This document shows, in pieces, positions 29,567 to 36,393 of a DNA stretch of 64,000 bases (position 1 is the first letter of the stretch; the number at the start of each line of letters is the position of its first letter). The translations under genes and the position numbers were made by a program. The stretch lies in IMG/VR virus record IMGVR_UViG_3300024252_000005; one strand, given 5' to 3'. The stretch comes from a virus. Its lineage: Duplodnaviria; Caudoviricetes. The notes under the pieces are model-generated. The model saw nothing but the letters and a program-made list of their open reading frames with translations, did no database searches and had not been told where the DNA came from.

Positions 29567-29968
29567 ATGTGGTATATCTACGTTGTTGTATGTTTTGACA
29601 ATTCATTGTATTGTGGTATAACTACAAATCTAGAAAGAAGATTAAAACAGCACAATGGTGAGATCAAAGGAGGCGCTAAGTATACTAGAGGTAGAAGGCC
29701 TTGTCAATTTGTATATACTAAAAAGGCAGCCAATAGATCAGCTGCCTCTAAAGAAGAATGTAAATTCAAAAAGTTAAGCAGGAAAAATAAACTAATATTC
29801 CTACTTAAAAATAATTATGAGCCCATATCAGGTGAAGGTGCGTCTTCAGAAGATTCTTCGCCGGCGGGTACAGGCATATCATCGCAATCTTCACCTTCTT
29901 CAAGTAATTCTGGTTCGCAAGCAGGATCTGTCTCTGGTTGTGGTTCATCACATCCTTCTCCAGCTTGA
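29567..29968 (+). CDS. GIY-YIG nuclease (UPF0213/SLX1-like) with an antisense-overlap C-terminal tail
   Basis: WYIYVVVC...LYCGITTNLERRLKQHNG...GGAKYTRGRRP...ASKEE. The last ~50 codons run antisense to 29815..30294. Confidence 0.8.
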   Translation: MWYIYVVVCFDNSLYCGITTNLERRLKQHNGEIKGGAKYTRGRRPCQFVYTKKAANRSAASKEECKFKKLSRKNKLIFLLKNNYEPISGEGASSEDSSPAGTGISSQSSPSSSNSGSQAGSVSGCGSSHPSPA

Positions 29969-30294
29969 AACTCAGGTGAACAATCTTCAATTTGATCGCC
30001 GGCAACAACTTCACCTGCTGGAAGAACTAAGTCTCCTGCAACTTCTGGCTCATCGCCAGCAGATACCAAATCTCCTGCTACAATTGGCTCTTCACCTGCA
30101 TCAGAAGTTCCTGAAGCAGATTCTTCGCCAGCAGCCTCACCTGCTGATTCTCCTGCCATGGTCTCTCCAGCTTGTACTCCAGAGTCGCTAGCTTGGGGAG
30201 GTTCGTCTACATCTTCATCAGACTCGCAACCAGAACTGAACAAAGACGTGAATACAATTAAAATTGCTAACAAAAAAGATCTAATCTTTAACAT
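29815..30294 (-). CDS. Acidic low-complexity lipoprotein (the only well-supported minus-strand gene)
   Basis: AGGAG SD on the minus strand (30302-30306). Basic N-terminus, hydrophobic core and lipobox-like FSSG-C; AGE/AGD repeats; three further Cys near the C-terminus. Confidence 0.75.
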   Translation of the reverse strand: MLKIRSFLLAILIVFTSLFSSGCESDEDVDEPPQASDSGVQAGETMAGESAGEAAGEESASGTSDAGEEPIVAGDLVSAGDEPEVAGDLVLPAGEVVAGDQIEDCSPEFQAGEGCDEPQPETDPACEPELLEEGEDCDDMPVPAGEESSEDAPSPDMGS

Positions 30295-30313
30295 ATAATT
30301 ACTCCTAGTAATG

Positions 30314-30396
30314 ATTATTAATAAAAAAATTTTATTAATAAAAAAATATTATTAATAAAAAAATATTATAATAAAAAAATATTATAATAAAAAAAT
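30314..30396. repeat. Five tandem copies of a 16-17-bp pure-AT unit, ATTAT(T)AATAAAAAAAT
   Basis: Copies at 30314-30330, 30331-30347 (starts TTT), 30348-30364, 30365-30380 and 30381-30396, in the divergent intergenic region. Confidence 0.9.
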
Positions 30397-30433
30397 ATTG
30401 AAATTATAATTAATTTATGTAAGGAGTAATTAT

Positions 30434-30790
30434 ATGTCAATAGAAGAAAAATTAAAAGAATTGTCAAAATATGCGGAGATGCATATAACACAACTAATAG
30501 CTTCAGCAATACTTTCGTTTATTTGCGGATTTATTTTGCAAAAGTCTATAACAGATCCGTGTATAAGGTCAGTAGTATGTGAGGAAATAATAGACGATAG
30601 AGACAAACTTTCAGATCAATTAGATCAAGAAAGACAGAATTGTTTAGATGAGAAAAAAGATATGGGTAAATCTTTAAGAGATAAATTGAATGAAGAATGT
30701 ACTAAAAGTATAGAAGAAGCAACAAAAGATTGTGAATTTTCTGAACGTCATCACTGTAGAATATGTAAAGCAAGAGGTGTATGTAAATGA
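30434..30790 (+). CDS. Membrane-anchored coiled-coil, Cys-rich protein (i-spanin-like candidate)
   Basis: AAGGAG SD; TM segment LIASAILSFICGFIL, a coiled coil, and multiple Cys including C-terminal CRIC...C. Confidence 0.5.
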   Translation: MSIEEKLKELSKYAEMHITQLIASAILSFICGFILQKSITDPCIRSVVCEEIIDDRDKLSDQLDQERQNCLDEKKDMGKSLRDKLNEECTKSIEEATKDCEFSERHHCRICKARGVCK

Positions 30791-31311
30791 AAAGAGCTAT
30801 TTTATTTTTGTTTTGTATTATTTTTAATATTTCTATTGCAAATGGGCAAAAAGTAAATATACCTTCAATGACAGAGACGATATTAACAACAACAGAAGTT
30901 GAAGATGAAGGCGATTTTGTTTCTCAGCATGAAGATATAAAGTTGACGCTTGGGACCTTAGAATTTCCTGCGAAGTTTCTATATAAAGAAGAGTTAGCTC
31001 CTCATCAAGGTTATTTAATTAAGTTTAAAGATTTCATTAGAGTAGAAAAGCTTTTTAAAAATATGAATAAAGGTTGTGATATTCTATACGACGAGTTATT
31101 GAAAGAATGCAAAAGAGGCTTAACTCAATGTCAAGATGATTGCAATGAAAGAGTTAAAAAGCTGCTGGAAGAAAAAGATAGCTTAAAGATTAGTTTAGAA
31201 TTGCAAATCAAGAAAACTGAAAGTGAAGTGACCAATAAATATATATGGACTTCAGCAGGCTTAGTAGTAGGAGCCGGCGTAGGAATTTTAATAAACGAAT
31301 TGTCAAAATAG
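30787..31311 (+). CDS. Secreted/membrane coiled-coil protein with a C-terminal TM segment
   Basis: Signal peptide MKRAILFLFCIIFNISIANG; coiled coil with Cys; C-terminal WTSAGLVVGAGVGILI; ATGA overlap with the previous gene. Confidence 0.55.
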   Translation: MKRAILFLFCIIFNISIANGQKVNIPSMTETILTTTEVEDEGDFVSQHEDIKLTLGTLEFPAKFLYKEELAPHQGYLIKFKDFIRVEKLFKNMNKGCDILYDELLKECKRGLTQCQDDCNERVKKLLEEKDSLKISLELQIKKTESEVTNKYIWTSAGLVVGAGVGILINELSK

Positions 31312-31365
31312 TTCGTATGCTTAGACTTAAAAATAATAATTAGATTTAGTAGGAAAGGATTTACA

Positions 31366-31632
31366 ATGGAACCAAATCTTGTGTTATCAATAGGAACAAT
31401 CATGTCAGTCATAGGACTATTTTATTCTTGGCATAAAGACTCAAAGGCCAATGCTCGAGAAGTTGCGCAGCTTACTGCAAGAGTAGATTCTTTAGAAGCT
31501 AGAGCAAAGCAAACAGATGAAGTATTACAAGAGTTATTAAGAGCTACACAAGATATTAAGGTTGCATTAGCTAGAATAGACACAAAGTTGACTAGCTTAG
31601 AGCAGGAATTTAATAGAAGTTTGCAAAATTAA
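31366..31632 (+). CDS. Single-TM coiled-coil protein, holin/XhlA-like candidate
   Basis: 88 aa; N-terminal TM LVLSIGTIMSVIGLFYSW followed by a heptad coiled coil; AAGGA SD. Confidence 0.45.
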   Translation: MEPNLVLSIGTIMSVIGLFYSWHKDSKANAREVAQLTARVDSLEARAKQTDEVLQELLRATQDIKVALARIDTKLTSLEQEFNRSLQN

Positions 31633-31670
31633 GTAATATATAATATTATAGTTATACAAGGAGACTAAAT

Positions 31671-31916
31671 ATGAAGTTGACATCAAAAATGCTAAGAAGA
31701 ATGATTAATGAAGAAATGAATAGAGAGCGATCTATTAAACGTCGACGACGCAGACTTGCTGAAAGCGCTGATCGACCTGTACGTGTAACGCCTCAGTATA
31801 TTAATCGTCTTATTAGAGAAGAGTATGCAGCATTTCAAAAGAAGCAAAGATTAGCTGAATCTCGCCGTAGAAGAGTTGCAAATGCAAGTCGTAGAAGAGC
31901 TTTGTCTAGATATTAA
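31671..31916 (+). CDS. Small Arg-rich protein with an internal duplication, candidate DNA-condensing internal protein
   Basis: 81 aa with AAGGAG SD; KLTSKMLRRMINEE...RRLAES repeats as RVTPQYINRLIREE...QRLAES. Confidence 0.65.
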   Translation: MKLTSKMLRRMINEEMNRERSIKRRRRRLAESADRPVRVTPQYINRLIREEYAAFQKKQRLAESRRRRVANASRRRALSRY

Positions 31917-32011
31917 TTTTTTAAAAAAAGTTATAAAAATATAAGTTAATGCATATATTATTAATCGCATTCGATATCGCATATTAATAAATTATTTCGA
32001 AAGGATTAAAG

Positions 32012-32341
32012 ATGCAATTAGCACCAGAACAAGTTCAATCAATTAATGTTTTACTTTCCGCAGTACAGGTAGCACAGCGTCGTGGCGCTTTTTCTTTGCA
32101 AGATGCACATACATTGCAAGAGGCAATTGATGCTTTGGTACCGCGTGAGGAGCAAGAGAGACAAGCAGCTGCATCACAGGCTGCCGACGCAGAGGGTGGT
32201 GAAGGCGAATCAGCAGTGAGTATGCCTGAGGGTGTAGAGGTAGATGTAGCTGATGGAGATGAAGATTGCTGTGATGATGAAGAATGTGACAGTGATGATG
32301 ATTGTGAGCCGGCTGCAGATTCTGAGCAAGATTTAGTTTAG
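32012..32341 (+). CDS. Small phage protein with an acidic C-terminal tail
   Basis: 109 aa; LLSAVQVAQRRGAFSLQDA helix followed by an Asp/Glu/Cys-rich tail; AAGGA SD. Confidence 0.65.
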   Translation: MQLAPEQVQSINVLLSAVQVAQRRGAFSLQDAHTLQEAIDALVPREEQERQAAASQAADAEGGEGESAVSMPEGVEVDVADGDEDCCDDEECDSDDDCEPAADSEQDLV

Positions 32342-32356
32342 GTAGCGTTAGTATAT

Positions 32357-32374
32357 AAAATATTCGAATATTTT
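32357..32374. promoter_or_regulatory. Perfect 18-bp palindrome, possible operator
   Basis: AAAATATTCGAATATTTT is its own reverse complement. Confidence 0.4.
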
Positions 32375-32375
32375 T

Positions 32376-32402
32376 GGGCGCGTTGTGAAAATGCGCCTTT
32401 TT
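32376..32402 (+). terminator. Rho-independent terminator after 32012..32341
   Basis: GGGCGCGTT-GTGAA-AATGCGCCT: 9-bp stem with G-U pairs, followed by a T run. Confidence 0.65.
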
Positions 32403-32414
32403 AGTAATATATAG

Positions 32415-32498
32415 TTTTAGGCCCGTTGCGAACATAACAGCTGACCCCGCCAGTGCATCGGAATCATGCGGACAAGTTTATCCTAAAAGGAGGAAGTT
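32415..32498 (+). ncRNA. Candidate structured 5' leader RNA (unassigned)
   Basis: 33 of 54 nt in 32420-32473 are G/C, inside an AT-rich genome. TTTTAGG (32415-21) pairs with CCTAAAA (32482-88), which overlaps the AAGGAGG SD. Inner helices GTTG/TAAC and GCAT/ATGC. Confidence 0.4.
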
Positions 32499-32750
32499 AT
32501 GGCAGAAGAAAAGAAAGCTGCACCAAAGCAGAAAAAGAAAGCTGCAGTCTCAAAAAAAGAGGCACCAAAACCAGCGGCTGAAAAAACAGTGTCTAGTAAT
32601 AAACTTAAAGTTGGTACTTTAGTTATTACAAATAGAGAAAAAGAATGTAAAGTACTGGAAGTAGTTAGTGACAATCTTTTTTTGCTTAAAAGAACAGATG
32701 ACACAGGTAAATTATATAGCTTAACCAAAGATCAATTCAATATTAAATAA
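32499..32750 (+). CDS. Small protein with a Lys/Ala-rich N-terminus and an SH3/KOW-like barrel
   Basis: 83 aa with AAGGAGG SD; KKAAPKQKKKAAVSKKEAPKPAAEK followed by LKVGTLVIT...CKVLEVV...FLLKR...LYSL. Confidence 0.6.
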   Translation: MAEEKKAAPKQKKKAAVSKKEAPKPAAEKTVSSNKLKVGTLVITNREKECKVLEVVSDNLFLLKRTDDTGKLYSLTKDQFNIK

Positions 32751-32762
32751 TAAGGAGAAAAA

Positions 32763-33269
32763 ATGCCAAAAGTAATAGTAACAGATTCAAAAGGTCTATA
32801 TCAAGAGACAGGTTCAGGTGTTGATATTCAAAGCACATGTACAATTAGAGCAGCAAAAATACAAAATGTAAATACAGCAAAAAACCTAACTGCAGCTGAT
32901 TGTGGAACAATAATTTTAGGTGCTGCAATAGGCACAGCTCAGGCCGCCGATACAGGATTTAATGTAAATTTGCCGGCTCCAGCAGCAGGTTTAAGTTTTC
33001 ATTTTATTCTTAGACCACCTTCGATAGCAGATAATGCTAATGCAGCAATTACAGTTACAACAACTTCAGACGGAACTACAGCTGCAAACTTAGCTGTGGG
33101 TATGGTTACTGTAAATGAAGTACCAACAAACGTTGTAGGTGTTGTAGACGTTTTAACTTTTGTCCATAACGCAGCAACTTGTGGAGACAATGCAAAATTT
33201 ATTTCTGACGGAACGAACTGGTTCGTTCAGGCAACGGGAGATGCTGCTGGATCTGTTACATTAGCTTAA
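32763..33269 (+). CDS. Probable virion structural protein (beta-rich, Ala/Thr-rich)
   Basis: 168 aa with AAGGAG SD; LTAADCGTIIL...VNLPAPAAGLSFHFI and a terminal FISDGTNWFV, as in phage fibre/decoration modules. Confidence 0.55.
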   Translation: MPKVIVTDSKGLYQETGSGVDIQSTCTIRAAKIQNVNTAKNLTAADCGTIILGAAIGTAQAADTGFNVNLPAPAAGLSFHFILRPPSIADNANAAITVTTTSDGTTAANLAVGMVTVNEVPTNVVGVVDVLTFVHNAATCGDNAKFISDGTNWFVQATGDAAGSVTLA

Positions 33270-33310
33270 TCGTAATAGATTTGATAATAAAAAGTTTCTA
33301 ACGACATTTT

Positions 33311-33351
33311 AAACCTCTGACAGTAACACAAAAAGTATTGCAGAGGTTTTT
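33311..33351 (+). terminator. Rho-independent terminator
   Basis: AAACCTCTG (33311-19) pairs with CAGAGGTTT (33341-49), extended by CAGTA/TATTG after a 1-nt bulge; ends in a T run. Confidence 0.65.
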
Positions 33352-33425
33352 GAGTATATAGAGATTGATAATTTAATTATTTTATAAGTGCTTTTATATT
33401 TATAGACTAAATATAAGAGGATTTT

Positions 33426-34805
33426 ATGAGAAAAGATAGGTTATTAGAGAGTTATATAAGATCTTATCTGATTAAAGAGTCAATAAGCTCTGATGATCAT
33501 GATGACATAGAAGACGCTGTTAGTAGACTTAAAAGAGCACTTTCAAGCAGAGGCATGTCTTTAGAATCTTTAAACTTCACTTCAGAAATGATATGTAATG
33601 TAAGAGATCGAAAACCCGTTAAAGATCTAGGCCAAATCAAAAGAGACAAGCCAGAATCTTGGGAGTTAAGGGATGACAGAGAAGAATCAAAGTCATATGC
33701 AGATATACTCGCTAATAAAAAAGAATTAAATGTCGGACTTGGCTTTAATCCTTTCAATGCTTTAAGTTCAAAGAACAGCTATTACGTAGAAAGAATAGAA
33801 GAGTTTATAAATATATTAGACACTTTTGATAGAAACTTAATGGTAAAAAATAGATCAAATAACATGTCTAATTTTTTGAAAAACGTACTTTTGTTTAAAG
33901 AAGCAGTTGAAGAAGCTGGATTAAAAGTTTTAGGTGCTGGTATATTTAGGATTGCTTTGATCGACCCGTCAAATAAAAGCGTTGTATTAAAGATAGGATT
34001 ATCAGAAAAAGGAAGAAAAGATTGCAAAACTGAGATTGAGCATTCTATGGGAAGGGGTAAAGGAAGAAGACAGCATACAAAGAATTTCCCCACAATATAT
34101 CATTACGACAAAGAAGACTTTTCTTGGTATGCTATTGAAAAAGTTTTATTTATTGATGACGATACTTTTAATAATCCTCCACCTGATTTCTTTACAGATA
34201 TTAAAAGTCAATTTAGAACAACATTTAAATTCTTTAAAAAACTAAAAGCTTCTCTTCCAGCAAATTCAGCACAAAACATTCAGCTAATTGATATATTTGA
34301 AAAGTATATTTCATCTATGTTTAAGTTTGGCAAAGGTGAAATTGATCAAGCACATAAAGAATATGATGAAGAAATAAGCAAACAAAGGAATGGTAAGCTT
34401 GCAAACTTTATTAAAGATTTTATTGAAAAGATTAAAACTATTATTTTTGGTGTAAACTTAAGCAACAAAAAATCAAAATTTAAAGTACCTGAGCAAGAAG
34501 TATATAATAACTTATTTAAGAATCATATGCTGAAATTTGTAGAAAACTTCGCACATGCAGCTACAGAAAACATGTCAAAGCAAAAGAAGATACAAGTATT
34601 TATAAAAATATTAAACAAGTTAGACACAATGTCACAAAGTGAGTTTAATAAGATATCAGGTGAGCTATATAATCTTTTTGATCATGCAATAGTTGCAAAC
34701 TTAAAAGATATTCACTTAGGGAATGTAGGATTTAAAAAAGTCTTAGATGACGAAACTTATGAAGAAAAATGGAAGTTAATTTTCACTGATATTGACTCTA
34801 ATTAA
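33426..34805 (+). CDS. Protein kinase-like (PKL fold) protein with a putative capsid-targeting leader
   Basis: Gly loop VLGAGIFRIA, beta3 Lys VVLKIG, alphaC Glu KTEIE, hinge FPTIY...WYAIEKV, catalytic loop DIHLGNVG and Mg-binding FTDID; leader LESYIRSYLIKE. Confidence 0.75.
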   Translation: MRKDRLLESYIRSYLIKESISSDDHDDIEDAVSRLKRALSSRGMSLESLNFTSEMICNVRDRKPVKDLGQIKRDKPESWELRDDREESKSYADILANKKELNVGLGFNPFNALSSKNSYYVERIEEFINILDTFDRNLMVKNRSNNMSNFLKNVLLFKEAVEEAGLKVLGAGIFRIALIDPSNKSVVLKIGLSEKGRKDCKTEIEHSMGRGKGRRQHTKNFPTIYHYDKEDFSWYAIEKVLFIDDDTFNNPPPDFFTDIKSQFRTTFKFFKKLKASLPANSAQNIQLIDIFEKYISSMFKFGKGEIDQAHKEYDEEISKQRNGKLANFIKDFIEKIKTIIFGVNLSNKKSKFKVPEQEVYNNLFKNHMLKFVENFAHAATENMSKQKKIQVFIKILNKLDTMSQSEFNKISGELYNLFDHAIVANLKDIHLGNVGFKKVLDDETYEEKWKLIFTDIDSN

Positions 34806-34862
34806 GTTTTTTATTATACAAACCTATAATTACTAATAATAGAATAGTTATAGGAGTTTTTT

Positions 34863-36389
34863 ATGTCAACGTTTGCATTAACAACAAAGGCAACACCTTT
34901 TGGAGTTTATGATAATGATTCTCATTTTCAAGAAGACGCAGATGGTGTCGTACTATATGTTAAGAGAAGACTTGGCGACGACGTTCTATCTGTTGAGCTA
35001 ACAAATAAACAAATATGGGCAAACTTTGAAGAGTCTGCTCTTGAATTCTCAAAACAAATTAATGCTCACCAAGCTGAGTCTTATATGTCAAATATCCTCG
35101 GCTTGAACGCAGGACCAAATGTCACATTTAAGAAAAATGACTTTGGACATTACTACTGGCTAGATACAGCACATAAAGAAGACGATAGGATTCATGATGC
35201 TGCAAGCAACTTAGACGATAGAAAAAACGTTCAAGTACTTTTAGTACAAAACCCTTCAGATCCTAGATTTAGGTTGCAAAATAAAAAAGGTAAGTATAAG
35301 ACAATAGGACCTGATGATAGTCTTACTATAGCTATTACAAGAAATATTGAAGCTCATACAGATACAGCAACTACAGTATCACCTATAGAAGATAAAAAAG
35401 TTGGCCCTAATGGCCAAGAACAGAAGTTTCCAAGAGAAACTTTGGAGTACTTGTTAAGAAGAGCAGAACCTTATGCATCTGAAGCATTTGTTGGCGGCGT
35501 TAGCAACTCTTTAAGAGGTTATATACCTTTAACACAAGACAAGCAAGATTACAACATATACGAAGATATGATAATTCCCGATGGCACAAATGAGCTAACG
35601 TTATCTTCTTTTAACGGAGACCCAGCACAAAAATCTTTATTTAATCCAGTCTATAAGGATAAGTTGTTACCTACAGCTACAGCAACAAAAATAAAAGTTA
35701 ATGAAGTTTTTCACTTTTCACCCCAAGCAGCTTATCGTTTCTTTGACACTACATCAGCTATCAACTATTTGAACAATCAGTTTTCTTTTGAGTCGTTTAC
35801 ACCAGAAACAGTTTTCTATGTGTTACCTGTCTTTGAAGACTTATTAAGGGCAGGCCAGCTAGATATATCTAATAGAGTAAGAAGAAGTAATTACAGCTAT
35901 AGGATTCAAGGACAAGAGATTAGAATATACCCACGTCCAACTCAGTCAAACCCTATGAACTTATTCGTCAAGTTTTCTTTTCCTTCAGATCCTTTTAAGC
36001 CAAACTTACCTTACGATGATGATTCAATTGAAGGCGTTTCAAACTTATCAAATGTGCCTTTTGATAATGTTTCTTATAGCGGTATAAATCAAATGTCAAG
36101 ACAATGGATAAGGCAATATACTTTAGCGTTATGCAAAGAGACACTTGGTCTTATTAGATCAAAGTTTAGTTCAGTGCCTATTCCAGGAAGTGATGTACAA
36201 CTAAATGGATCTGATTTAATAAGTCAAGGTAGAGAAGACAGACAGAGATTAGCTGAATCGTTAGGCGAAACTTTAGACAAGTTAACATATCAAAAGTTAT
36301 TAGAGACAGATGCAGCTCAAAGTGAATCAATGATGAACATACTTAAGAGAGTACCTATTCCTAACGGAAGAGCAATAATTATAGGATAG
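34863..36389 (+). CDS. Neck/head-tail adaptor protein (T4 gp13-like)
   Basis: VLYVKRRLGDDVLSVELTNKQI...WIRQYTLALCKETLGLIRSKF...QLNGSDLISQG; contains an internal insertion of about 100 aa. Confidence 0.75.
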   Translation: MSTFALTTKATPFGVYDNDSHFQEDADGVVLYVKRRLGDDVLSVELTNKQIWANFEESALEFSKQINAHQAESYMSNILGLNAGPNVTFKKNDFGHYYWLDTAHKEDDRIHDAASNLDDRKNVQVLLVQNPSDPRFRLQNKKGKYKTIGPDDSLTIAITRNIEAHTDTATTVSPIEDKKVGPNGQEQKFPRETLEYLLRRAEPYASEAFVGGVSNSLRGYIPLTQDKQDYNIYEDMIIPDGTNELTLSSFNGDPAQKSLFNPVYKDKLLPTATATKIKVNEVFHFSPQAAYRFFDTTSAINYLNNQFSFESFTPETVFYVLPVFEDLLRAGQLDISNRVRRSNYSYRIQGQEIRIYPRPTQSNPMNLFVKFSFPSDPFKPNLPYDDDSIEGVSNLSNVPFDNVSYSGINQMSRQWIRQYTLALCKETLGLIRSKFSSVPIPGSDVQLNGSDLISQGREDRQRLAESLGETLDKLTYQKLLETDAAQSESMMNILKRVPIPNGRAIIIG

Positions 36390-36393
36390 TAAG

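Noticed and set aside
29817-30191. Plus-strand 124-aa ORF
   Set aside because: It is the antisense shadow of the lipoprotein gene, which has an SD and a lipobox; its Leu/Gln/His-rich composition is typical of a shadow.
30314-30396. CRISPR array
   Set aside because: The units are directly adjacent with no unique spacers, are pure A/T, and there are no cas genes.
32043-32435. Minus-strand His-rich 130-aa ORF
   Set aside because: The His/Leu runs are the reverse complement of GAT/GAA acidic codons in 32012..32341, and it crosses a + strand terminator.
32415-32498. tRNA or a known riboswitch (ZTP, fluoride, guanidine-III)
   Set aside because: There is no cloverleaf, T-loop or CCA, and the consensus nucleotides of those riboswitches did not match by eye; it is kept only as an unassigned RNA candidate.
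34036-34245. Alternative-frame plus-strand ORF inside the kinase gene
   Set aside because: It is short, has no SD and no motif, and is nested in a well-supported gene.
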